Source: Rhodosorus marinus CCMP1338 | Lineage: Eukaryota > Plantae > Rhodophyta | Length of the DNA stretch: 64,000 bases | NCBI GenBank assembly: GCA_029953675.1 | Contig: JAMWBK010000001.1 | Location: 744,001-808,000, forward strand | Reading direction: 5' to 3' | In this document: positions 36,340 through 48,331 of the stretch, piece by piece | How positions within the stretch are numbered: position 1 is the stretch's first letter | How the letters are laid out: each line of letters opens with the position of its first letter | Notes under the pieces: generated by a model | Seen by the model: the letters and a program-made list of their open reading frames with translations, nothing else | Told to the model about the DNA's origin: nothing | The model's database searches: none | Translations under genes and position numbers: made by a program

Positions 36340-37349
36340 ACCAGCCTTTTTAGAGTTCCTAGGACACCTTAAGGAGCGCAGGGCCTAGAAAATAGCGAGC
36401 CCGGTGTTTATGCATCCCATTCAAGGACGCCCTTCCATAACAATTCTATCCCGCCTGCAGCCTACAGCAGCATTAAATTCATCAGCTTCTCTACTCCTGT
36501 TCTGTTCGAATGTGGATCCCAAAACGCCTCGAGGGGTAGCGTCGCCTCTGGAGCTCTCAGCTCCTTTCTGCGCGGAAACGAGCCCCTCATCCGCCGAGCA
36601 GAAGAAGCTACTCAGAACCGACACCCCTTTTCCAGGTCATCTATGCGGAAGGTCTCATAGGAAGACTAGGTATTCTCCTCTCTAACCAGTCGCAGTCCAA
36701 TCCCAGCTCCTTACCATCACGTCTACACTTCCCCACCGTCCCACTCTCTTGCAAGTCCAGAAAATCACTCCACCACATTGGAAATTCCTCCTTCCTGATG
36801 AGAAAAACAAAGTACTTATCTGGTCTTGACTGGTGTTCCCGTTGCAACCTGGTAAAATGGCAATTTGACACAGGCCAAAACGACGGATTCCACGCACGCT
36901 GCTAAGCAATGACGACCGTGGGGATGAGGAGGAGGAGGAAAAGTTCTTCATGTAGGTCAGATCATCTACGAAGAGACCATATCAAGAAGATCCTTAGCAC
37001 TGTGGTATTATAGTAGTTACCCCATTCCGAACACAACAGCGTCTGCTCAGAAGTAAACCAACACATGACGTTTCTTCAGAGGAAACGCCCACTCAGCGGC
37101 GGTCGGTCCCGATGAACACTTCCTGGTGGGGTCATCCAAAATTATACTAATAAAAACAGGTACATCAACGTTCCTGAGTATGATTGGTAAATTTATTAGA
37201 TTAAGGGCGCTAATAACTAATTAATACAGTAGATTAACTAGGATAAGGCTTTAAGATTTTTAATTGGTCAAGAAAAGAGTTAAGGGATAATACATTGCTA
37301 ATTACTGGTCGATTGGGGAGGAGTGGTTCGGTTGCCTGTTGCCTTAGAT

Positions 37350-38381
37350 TGGGTTTATGGAGCACGCTGAAGAACAAGGGCTAGAGCGCTGGTTAGCCAG
37401 GGCTTTCATGTCGACAGCATATAGAACCAGAAACATGCCCAGAGACTAGCTGAATTCTCGCGCTGGGCTTCTTTTTTTGAACAAGAATCGATATCCCTTT
37501 CTCCTCCGACGAATTGAACACGCGCGAAATGCTGAAAAGCACGGGTATTGCTGTGCTTGGCTCACACGATTCTCACATGAACACGGTCAGGTGCTGCAGA
37601 AGGATACAGGCACTTGCCTGACCACAGCAAAAACTTCGGATACGGCGATTCTCCTTAATAGCGCGAAACGCTTTATTTACAAGGGTTAGAATTCAGCCAG
37701 ACGGTTTAACAAGCCACTTCAAATTAACGCCAATCAAACTTTGATTCTGGAACTCAGTGATCTTCAAGCACACAGAGATATGCGTCTCAAACCACATGGC
37801 GTTCAAAAGTATTCCTCAATGGCAGCTTCTTGGACAGTTCTCCGAAACCTTTTTGACTGCTCGTCTGAACAGAAATGCGCTTTTCATAGCTGGAGAAATT
37901 GAAACGTTCAGGTTCGGGTAAGAAAATGATGCGGCGATATTCAAACATGATTTCAGCTTGACACTTTTGTTTCTCTCCCAACGCGCTTGGCCTCACTCTC
38001 AGATTTTTCCTTTCCGCCTGTTTTCGGCGTTCGACTCAATTCTTCTTGCGCCTTTGCTCTGAGGGCTTGCACAAAACGTGGTTCTTGAAACTTCCCAAGA
38101 CCTCCTGCAAAAGGTTCTCCTTGTACTGATCCCTTGGGTCCGCTTGAAACCTGGTTCATCAAAGCGCGGAAAAGCTTTCTGGATTTGGGGCTCCCTCTCG
38201 CCGCTGCTTGTGACTTTGCAAACCTCAAAGGTTGTCTTGATAGGGAAGCAGGTATGGGAGCGCCGCCAATATGTACATGATTCCTATTCAATGGACAGGA
38301 AGAAGAGACCCTCAACACGCACGAAGCAAAACGGAGGAGGAAAGTGCGACAAGGTTTCGGCCATGACAAAACCAACGTCAT
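37350..38381 (-). CDS. Hypothetical, possibly organelle-targeted multi-exon protein
   Basis: 142-aa ORF with an Arg/Ser/Leu-rich presequence-like start, further protein-like frames to about 37350, and a C/A-rich upstream tract. Confidence 0.3.
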
Positions 38382-39910
38382 TCATATCGACAAGCGTTTC
38401 TGAGCAGTCAAACGCCTCCAACTTACCCAAAGAAAACTATCCGTCTAAGCGAAGACGAAAGCATCGATCCTGAACTCCCCTTTGAGCTGTGCACAAAGAG
38501 CAGTTGGCGTTTACAAGCCGGGGAAGACTTAAAATTCTTCCACTCTCTCCTAACAACAACTTTCTCAATTCGCACAAAACAAAACCCAGCAGCGCGTTCA
38601 ACACCTCTTCTCCGAGACAGACAGTACTCGCAGTTCAAACCTTGTGAGAAGAAAAAAAACACAACCAAAGCCAAACCTCCAAAACCGCTCCCCTCCCCCT
38701 CCTCCCCTCCAAACAAACAACCAACCAAACAAATACAGAAACCTATCCACTCCTCCACCTTCTCATGGATAAACAATGGTAACAATCCTTCAACCAGTCA
38801 CCTCCGATCCCATTTCCTATTCTCATCCCTCTTGACACATCTTGTTAGTCCTACCTGACTCAACCCCCCTTTTCGAAAGCCCCCACACTGAAAACCCTAT
38901 TCACATGCATCTTAACATTTCCCAAACCTACTCCTCCTCCCCACCCCCCAGACCTTTTTTCAGTTAACCGAAAAATCAAGAATTATGTGAATAATATTAC
39001 ATTCAGTGTACAGAGTTATATTTCACAAACGGCTATCTCGTTCTATATATGACGCAAGCATAGATATCTTAAAATTAGTAAGCTTAAATAAGATATACCA
39101 TAATTAGGATCCTTTGTCATAGATAAAACACCGCCAATGTCTCATATTTGATTTTATTTTATCTTCTTCTGATTTAGGAGCTATAATAAGAACATTTAGT
39201 ACTAGTTTTTGATTCATATAAACGTGCAATAATTTGATGTGTAAATATAGGATGTAGTTTTAGTTTTGAAATATATTCTTCCGAGTACATGGGGACGGAA
39301 TTTTTCAAAAACTTTTCTTTTCTTTTTTTTTCGGTTGGAGATAATTTAGCCGGCCCATTTTTTATTTTTTTTCTACCCGTCGTCTGTCATACATGTTTGG
39401 GTATTTATGTATAGAATAAATAATTATAGTGCTTTTGAATATATGGTTTAAAAAATGTATCCTCCCTAAGAAAAGCGTTAAGAACGGAAGAAAAGCGTCG
39501 ATTTGAGTGCAGCGGATATGCACGTAGTAATTTCTAGTACACACAGGATGTGTACGAACAGCGTGAACTGTACTAGAGGACCTTCCGTGGAAAGCTATGA
39601 GGAGACTCGGTCGCGTCGATATCCTGAGCTGCTTTGATGCTTTGTCAAATAGATATCATTAGTTTTATTATCTGTTGCCAATACAAACCAAACCCAAGCT
39701 TATGGACTATGAATCAGTTTTCTTACTTCTTTTGCGCCCTGACCGGTTCCTATCTGGGATGGAATTTCGCTCGGTACTTTCACCTCCGAGTCTAAGCTGT
39801 GGTAACCGTGAACCCCAGACTAAGCACAAACCTAACCTGTTTGTACGTGCTCGGGCGCATAGATCCCACTGTACATCTCTTCATGCGCCTTTTCAGTGTC
39901 AAACGTAAAA

Positions 39911-40681
39911 TCAGGTATTGTTGGTGCGGTTGTACTTGTCTACAAGAGCGCGCAGATGAATGTCCCATAGCTCGCACTTGATCGGCATGTCCATCTCGTA
40001 GAATGGGTTTTTCATGATGTAGTCCGCATACAGCAAATGAGCTTCCTTCTGTTTTCGATCAAAGAGCATGAAGACACATTCTCAGTCGGGAACTTGTCAC
40101 TTTGATCTTCCAAGGTACTAATTGATCCATCCTCTTTGCAATTGATCGCATCTCGATCAGGACAAATTACTGAAGTATCGAGAGGGAAGCGCTTGGTTGG
40201 ATTGGCGTAGTCGCAGATCCGGTGAAAGGTTGTTCACTTTCTGATCGTGCTGATACTTATTCAGAACAAAACAACGTTGTTGCTGGAATGCTTACCAGAA
40301 ATTCTGCCAATTTTTCTGCCTTTGGGCTTCCCGTAACGAAAAACTGAACTTTCGTCGCTGTGTAGAAAGATCGAAGCACAAAATCAGAAGTCTCCATAAA
40401 CTCTATAGCACCCACGCCGTCGATCCCCTTAGTTGGTGAAACCTCGTTCACCATCAGCTGCATCCTACAATATCACATGGCACAGCGGTTGATTTCAGAA
40501 ACCTCTAAGAAGCCCGTAAAAACACACTTTCTCCAGATCAGATTCCAAACCCTCACCCATGAAACGTCGACGCCAAATGTAGGTAGTCATTCTGCCTCAG
40601 TGGCGGATCGCTACTAAACGATCGATGGAAGATCAATCCACCAGCCTTGTTCACTACAAAGAACGACTTGAGATAAGGCAT
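39911..40681 (-). CDS. TRAPPC4: TRAPP complex subunit 4 (Trs23/synbindin), multi-exon
   Basis: MPYLKSFFVVNKAGGLIFHRSF...NDYLHLASTFHG|...EVSPTKG...AIEFMETSDFVLRSFYTATKVQFF...|LLYADYIMKNPFYEMDMPIKCELWD. Confidence 0.92.
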
Positions 40682-41024
40682 ACCTTCGTTAAAAAGCTAC
40701 TATAATGAATCAAAAGACTATTAATAGACGTTTCGCGTAATGAGAGAAACTCGTCTGCGTAGGCACCCTCACCCTCCTCGAGACTTAAGACGTAGCCTTG
40801 TTAACATCGCTGGGCGGGTCTCGGATGACAGTGCTTTGAAAGTATAGTTCATCGGGAAGGTCTATCTTCGAATGGATGCTGATGGAAACTGAAACGGGTC
40901 CGATAATTTCAAGTTTAGAGCGATTGAGCAGGTGGTCTTCGTCCTGGGTTGAGAGTGAAGCATCCTGTTAGTCTGTTGTTGGCCGTGAGTGTTAGGTTTA
41001 GGTTTGGTGTGTGTTTTTTTTGAG

Positions 41025-43231
41025 ATGGGGAGAAAGGAATCTGAGGCGAAGAGAAGGGTTGGAGCGTCTGTGATAGACGATGAACGCTTCCAGAGAATAC
41101 ATTCGGATCCCAGGTTTAGGAGGGATCCGAAAAAGGCTATGCGCCGGCCGTATCAAGGGAAGAAGCCGGACGCCGGCGGTGGTGTTGGAGAGTCTGCAAT
41201 TGATAGGCGGTTTGAGATTGCAGAAGATGATTACAGGTTTGAAAAGACTTTAGAAGTTGACAAGTATGGACGAAAGCTCGTCGCGGATGTAGACTTGGAA
41301 GAGGAGCAACTGGTTCATGAGGAGAGTTCCGACTCTGAAGTTTCAGACGGCTTCTCCGGATCTGATGCCGAAGTCCCAGGGCTCAAGCTTGAGGAGGAAA
41401 CCATCACGTATGGTGAAGAGACCCGTAGACTGGCTTTGCTTTCTATGAATTGGGACCAAATGACTGCCATCGATGTTCTTGTAGCCTTGAGCAGTTTCTG
41501 TCCTAGCAATGGGAAGGTACGCATGCCCGCCGAGTCATTGATTCTTGGTTCTTGGATTGTCCTATTCACTGGTTTCGAAAAACTCGACTGGTTTAGATAT
41601 TGGAAGTCAACGTCGTCAAGTCCAATTTTGGCCTTGAGCAAATGAAGAGGGAAGCTCTGCATGGGCCTGACGTTGCCCTGAACGCTACCGAGAACCGGAC
41701 AGATTCAGTTGCAGGATCTCAGAGTGGTGACGATGGTGAAGACGACGACGAGCTTGGAGGAGACAACAGCGATGAGGGGGAAAGCGACGACGACGAGGTT
41801 GATATCTTTGAAGATTACAGGAAGGATCCAAAGGCACAGGCCAAGGAGACGAACGAGCTCGTTCGCAACTACGAAAAGAGCCGGTTGAAGTACTTCTATG
41901 CCGTAGCTAAGTGCGACTCTGTAGCGACCGCTGCACACTTGTACAACCAGTGCGACGGTGCAGAGTATGGACGAAGCGGGAACACGTTTGACCTTCGTTT
42001 TATCCCAGACGAAGTTGAAATTACGAATCCAGTCCGCGATTCGGCGACTGAGGTAAGTACACCTGTTGCGGAAAGGAGAGCGTTTCCGAAGGACGAAGGA
42101 GCTGACCAAACACAAACATCGTATGCACAGATTCCAACGCACTACAAACCGCCGACGTTTACAACGAAAGCTCTGCAGAATACTCAAGTTGAGCTCACAT
42201 GGGATCGGGATCCAGAATCGAGGACGGTCCTTAGGAAAAAGTTTATGAAGGAAGATGAAATGTTGGAACAGGACCTTCAGGCTTACCTTGCGAATTCCAG
42301 CAGTGAGGAGGATTCAGCTGACGGCAACGCGAAGACGAAAAGGGCTGCCTTATTAGGTGAACCTAAAGTCGAGGACGACGATCTCAAGCTGGCGGGATTA
42401 GAGGAGGCTGACGGCGACTCCTCGGTTGAGGAAGTTGAGGATTTGGAGATACAGTTTGAACCAGGATTGGTGCGCCGTGGATGCGCTCTTTAGTTTTGGC
42501 GAAGCTCGATGGGTTTCTGTTCATATTTTGCACCATGTTCTTACCTGATTTGTTTGCTTACGTAGGGCGATGCCGCGGAAGAGATTTTGAACTTGGCGGA
42601 GGAGAAGAAGGCTCAAAGTTCGGAAAATCCATGGGAGGCTCGATTGCGAAGGATGAGGGAGAGGAAGAAGGAGAAGAAGAGGGCAAGGAAGGAGAAAATT
42701 CTAAAAGGAAAGCAGGGTAGTGGAGAGCCGGGCGCGGATGAGTTCTTTGTGGAGCATGATGAGGAGGAACAGAAGGAGAAGGAATTAAAGCGGTTGGAGC
42801 TTCTCATGATGGATACAAGAGAACGGGCTGAGGACGAATCGGAAGAGGACGAAGAAGCACGTTTGAAGAAACGGGGAAAATCGAAGCAGGCGATGAGAGA
42901 GCGAAGGAAGGAGAAGGGGAAGGAGAGCAAATTCAAAGCTGACCTGAGCGATAAGCGATTCGAGGCTGTTCTTACGTCGAGCGAGTTCGCTCTCGATCCC
43001 ACGCATCCGAAGTTTGCCAAGAACCGTGGTACTGGGGCTTTGCTTAAGGCCAGAAGCGAGACTCGCCAAAAAGCTATTAAGCAACAGAAACGAGCGGAGC
43101 TTCCGGATCAAGCAGAAACAGCAAAAAGATCGAAAGCATCTGCAGCTGGGGACCTCCAAGCTCTAGCTCAACGTCTGAAGAGAAAACTCGCACGGGCCGA
43201 GAAAAAGCCGCGGAAAAGGACAAAAATTTGA
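41025..43231 (+). CDS. ESF1: Pre-rRNA processing protein ESF1 (NUC153 domain)
   Basis: DERFQRIHSDPRF, TRRLALLSMNWD, YEKSRLKYFYAVAKCDSVATAAHLYNQCDGAEYGRSGNTFDLRFIPD and DKRFEAVLTSSEFALDPTHPKF. Confidence 0.93.
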
Positions 43232-43333
43232 GGTCTGCACATTAACATGGTATAAACCGTTACGTGTAAAAGTATACTGCACAACATATATATTAAAAGG
43301 AGTACCCTGCCAATGGAAAAAAGGAAACAAGCA

Positions 43334-44100
43334 TCACCCAGAGTCATCGCTCCCCTCGCTCGCCTCACTCTCATCGTCGTCTTCACCCTCCTCATCATCA
43401 TCACTTCCCAAGCTCAGGTCACCGTCAATAGTTTCCTGTAACATCTCTTCTTCCTCAGAATCAACATCATTACGATCCCAGTCCTTCAGCTTGGATGACG
43501 CCTTGGATTCTCCCTCAGCGGTCAGGGCCGCCCATTCTCCTCTTCCTTTGGCTTCACCGTCGTCGATATCAACATCTCCCGGGGAGAAGTCATTACCTTC
43601 CTTAACCATCCTCATAAACTCGTCCTTGTTAACGGTTTTTGACTTCCTCTTGTTTTCCTTTTTCTCTTCGTCACGCACCGAGTCTCTCTGGACCTTTGCA
43701 ACAGCGTTGAAGAGAGCCACTGCACCCTGCGAGGACACACGCGACAAGGGGTCCCGTAGGGTAGGAGCATAAGATCAAGTGAAGAAGAGCGTAGAAGAAC
43801 TGCAACTCAACGAATGGCTAAGCCTACCTTTGTTGCGATCCTCCTGAGACGACGCTCTTTCTCAATATCCGTAGCGGCGTCGGGGATCACTCTAGCATTC
43901 TCAGCCAATTTCAACCTATCCGACCGTCGTATAACCTCGTCCTTGACCTTCTGCTTCTCTCGCTTCCTCATCAGCTTCCGTCGCTTTAAATGCTTTCCCT
44001 CCGGAAGCTCAATCCCATCAGATCCATCCTTCTCACCCGGTGCCCGAGATAAGATCTTCCCCAACGCACTCCCGAAATGTTCAACTTCTGTACTGTCCAT
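43334..44100 (-). CDS. RRP15: RRP15-like 60S biogenesis protein (2 exons)
   Basis: DIEKERRLRRIATK|GAVALFNAV motif of the Rrp15p family; acidic tail. Confidence 0.88.
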
Positions 44101-44579
44101 ACTGAAAACCAAAACAAAACAGATCCTAAAATCCACACGCAGTCCACTGCACCCACCTCAGTCTAAACACCAACAGAACCCTATTGGCAAAAGACCAGAA
44201 TTCTCCGCTGTCCACCAAATCCCGGATGGCCGTTTTTTATCACCGTCGTGTCGCTGCAAGCAAAAGTCACCAACCCCACTGCGGCGGGAAACAGCTGCGA
44301 CTTGCGCTCGATTAAGAATATCCACAAAAAAATTTAGCAGCGCACCGCTCTTCAGTCCAAACGCAGAAGAACCCTATTCACGAGCCCGGAACACTTTCCG
44401 CCCCCCACCAAATCCTCATTTTTTATCACCATCGCCGCGATGTCAACAAAACCCGAGCTTGCTTACTGATCCATTCATTCAGAGCCTAGCTACCCTAGCG
44501 GAACGGAAAGGGAGATGCTGATGACGCGCATCCAACAACAAAGCTGCGTTCGAACTCCAGAGACTTAACAGGCAGCTCC

Positions 44580-45480
44580 GTGAGGAGGCTACCGCTTCAC
44601 AGCGCATCGGACAGCCAAGGAATTTGCAGTCGACGGAATCCCGCAATGACTTTTTATCACCGTCGTCGTCCGAGAGGAAAGTATTACCACTTGACCGTCT
44701 TCAAGACGGTCGCGTCCCGCCCTGGAGATGTAGCTGTAGTTGAAGAGTGTTCATTTGAATCTTTTGGACCACCCGACGGCGACGAAAAGTGACAACGAGT
44801 ATGTTACTGCGGTCTTATCCAGGGCTCTGGTAAGGTCCTGAATTGGACTTTGCCTTTTCTACTGGTCGTAGGGCGGTTGATATAGTTCAACGCGAACGCG
44901 ATGACGTGTGGGCACGAGTATATGGGACCGGTCGCCAGGGCGAGACAGCACGCGAGTTGCTTAGCCAGCTGGATTCGGAGATAAAGGCAATCTCCGCATT
45001 CCCCTCAACCGACGAGCAAGAGCGACGATTCGCCATCCTGGAAGACAGCGGGAGCTACGAGAGCTACCGCGACTTGACCGCCAAGAATGAGAGTGTCGTC
45101 ATAGACAACTCTACGTCGCGAGGAATATTCCAGACCCGTAACACAGAGTTGTCCATTACGTAATACTGCTTGTAACTCAAGTAGGGAAGCTTTTTGTAGG
45201 TTTGCATCAACAGCGTCGCGACGGAGCAAAACACCGCTTCTTCACTGCCTTAGGCAGCCGCAGCCCTCCAAATGCCAAGCTAGCTTTCATCAGCGATAGG
45301 AGCAGAACATCGTTAGTCTACAGCCTGGGACAGGAGCGACAGGTTATCTAGTCGACTCATGCCAAAGGACTTCACAACTGTAGCCGTGATGTAGAAACGA
45401 TGGCGGCGTACTTGTTTGAGGAACAAGACGTCTGTGTGACTCCGTCGTCGTGGGAGCGAAACACTTCACCACTTGGACTG
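44580..45480 (+). CDS. Hypothetical multi-exon protein
   Basis: Protein-like ORFs 44580-44792 and 44843-45163, with GT-AG boundaries at 44790-44870; no family recognised. Confidence 0.3.
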
Positions 45481-45559
45481 CATTTGAACCTGCGGAGCAG
45501 AACGTAAATATGACTTTGTCAAGCACACGGACCGGAAGAAAGGCCTCAAGATCCATTTT

Positions 45560-45830
45560 CAATTGACAAGACCCGTCTCTTTGACAGCCACATTGAAAAT
45601 CTGATTCAAGGCTCGGGCGGCCTGTTTTAAAGCGTAGAGTCCTTGGTTGAGTTGACAGATCCTGTCAGCGCCGTTGGAGTATTCCTTAGGCTGCTCCATG
45701 AAAACCTTCTCGTTCGGACACCATTAAGATAAGCTGCTTCTACGTCGTACTGCCGCGTCCTAAAGTTCCGACTAAGGCAAGCGGAAAAGCTATTCGTACG
45801 CCAAGACGAGGTCACAGCTTGAGGCTTCGG
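45560..45830 (-). mobile_element. Ty1/copia reverse-transcriptase relic
   Basis: Reads RQYDVEAAYLNG, then after a frameshift EKVFMEQPKEYSNGADRICQLNQGLYALKQAARALNQ, matching the copia consensus QMDVKTAFLNG...VYMEQPEG...CKLKKSLYGLKQA. Confidence 0.8.
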
Positions 45831-46546
45831 TCTCCACCAGAAACGCCCTAGGGAAGACGCCGCGTGTTTGCCTTGATCTCCGCGTTTTGGCGCAGAACAT
45901 GGATAGAGCAGTGGGCGGCTAGCTTGTTTCGGATTCGCACTGCCAGCAGCAGGCGATCCTAGGCTCGCTCCCCAAGCCTGCGCTAGTGAGCTCCATGCTC
46001 GGCATGCGTATAAATGGATGGACGAGGTTTTGAACGTGAATTCATCAAACGTGCCACCCGGCTGCCATTTCGTGAGTACCGTCCTGAGCCCGAGAACTTA
46101 TCAAACGAACGAGCCAACTTCCTTTATAGTCACATAGTATACTGGCAGTTGTCCAAGAGCTTCTCATAATCCATAGGTCCAGGGTTCTCAGTCGAACAAG
46201 AGTTTTTCGAATTCAATATTGACCGCTAAATGAGTTCTTTTTTTTTTTCACGTACTAGGTTGCGTGAAAACATAGCTCCTGAATATCCGAACATCAGCTC
46301 GAAAACTCGAAATCAGTTTGTACCGAGCCTGTGGCGTTCTACCCTCGGGAAAGTAATGTCCTCTAAACCCAGTGACCAAATGAGCTGAACACATTCTGCA
46401 CACCTGACAACCGAGACCAACCGCACGGTCGGCGAAAGTCTCAAGGCAAAAAATGCATCCAACCGACCATTGTACCATTGTGCCCGGCTTTGCTGCAGAA
46501 CATCCTATTGACATTCACACGCGCAGTTCCAAAGAACTAGATTCAA

Positions 46547-48093
46547 TCAGGTCGATGTGTAGAACCTTCTTCCTATGTCGTCAATTCTTTCCAGGCAAGT
46601 TGTCTCCGACCAGAGCTCAGCAAGTTCCTGAGCGGGCTCTACGCCGAACGCGCAATACTTTTTCTCTTTTCTCTCCAGGACCTCGGTGAAATGCTCTGGG
46701 TCAACGACTCTTCTCGCATCCAACCTCTCTCTTATCAAAAGCGAACTCGACAGCTTCCCTATGGGGCTAGCAACTCTGATGATGAACATGGACGACGCCA
46801 TGCCAGATCCGTACGAAAACATGAGGATTCGCTTCCCAATAAGTTCGTCTCCCTTCTCCTCCAGAATTGCGGCGAGTGAGGACCAGAGAGACGCCGTGTA
46901 CGCGTTGCCGATACGTTTTGCCAACCAATCGCCCGGTTCAACCATTTTCTTGTAAAGAGCCGATGACTCAGTGACAAACGCTTTCTCCAGCTCCTTGACG
47001 GGCACGAAACACGACAAGATCATCTTGAGCGGGCTCATCGGGAAAGACGATGCAGGTTGCAACCAGCTCAGAAGGTTTCCTTAGCATACCTTGTTCGTGT
47101 AGGAATCTGCCAAGGGCACGTCTCGAAACTTGCTCAGTTTTCCTTCTGGATCCACTACGGATGTTGAATCCGCGAGATAGTCATTGTAGCGGATTCTCGC
47201 AAAGGACTTCTTAACCATCTTGTTAAACGGCGCATGGAAAACTGCATAATCCGCAAGATCGGAAACCGATCCGCTTGATCCAGTTCTCTTCTTGAGGCGC
47301 TGATAGCAGCGATCCAGGGCCCTCAAGTAGCAGGACAGGGTTTCTGCGCCGTTGACAGTTGGATACTCGCATCCAAGCCTCGGTTTGAAAAAATCGTACG
47401 TGTGCTCCATGTGTGTTGCTCGGGCGTTGATTTCGAATCTGATCGGTGGCTGTGGGTTGATTCCAAAAAGAATCGCGACCGCTCCAGTACCTCCAGTTGG
47501 CCGAGCGGGGCCACGTTCATAAACCGCGATATCTCCACATACGACAAGACCATAACGGCCATCCCACCAAGGCGATTCCATCCATGAAAGCGTATTGAAC
47601 ACTGCTGCTGTCCCGCCATAACACGCGTTAGTGCTGTCCACACCTTCAATAACGAAGGAGAGGATACGAGTGTTTAGATCCACAAACCACAAACTGATGA
47701 CGGTACTCAAGCAAACTTTTTTCACGGCGACTTTGACACTGAGTTTTCTTTACCTTCGACATCTGTGTTTCCTGCTTGACACAAAAGATCCATCAGAGCA
47801 GTCTTGACTGATTTGCTCTTGTCAATGATCGTCTCCGTCCCAACCTCGAGCCTGCCGATGCTGCTCAGGTCCACTCCTTGCCTCGCCACCAACCTCCGCA
47901 CAGCAGTCCTACAAATCGATATAACGTCCTCCCGATCATCAACGAACGCCATCTCATCCTGCCCCAGTCCAATAGTGTACTTCCCGCTCGATACCCCATC
48001 GAACTTCTCCAGGTCCGCTTGCCTCACACACTGCCGAGGGAAGTACGTCTCAATTGCAAGTATTCCAGCCTCAGAAAGTCTCAAACCCTCCAT
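46547..48093 (-). CDS. HMGS: Hydroxymethylglutaryl-CoA synthase (eukaryotic type), multi-exon
   Basis: [39 protein letters not shown], catalytic [41 protein letters not shown] and FSYGSG. Confidence 0.96.
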
Positions 48094-48331
48094 GATTTCA
48101 GCTTGAAACAAAAAAAAAACAAAACCAGAATGGCTCTGAATACGTCAGATCCTATTTCCTCACTACACCTGACTTCCTGTTTATCCAGCAGATCTATGCA
48201 GCGAGCATTCCATTCCCCTCGCTCAAAAACCCACTTTCTTAAAACAAAAACGATGAGACGTCGTTCGTTCGTACAGATCTATCCAGTTCTAATATGTACT
48301 ATCACGTATTTGATTACTAATACTGAGGAAC

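Noticed and set aside
36421-36951. Short minus-strand ORFs upstream of the large PPR gene
   Set aside because: They could not be spliced into a coherent protein and may be UTR.
37140-37340. AT-rich tract as a possible organellar insertion (NUMT/NUPT)
   Set aside because: No recognisable organellar gene or RNA in any frame.
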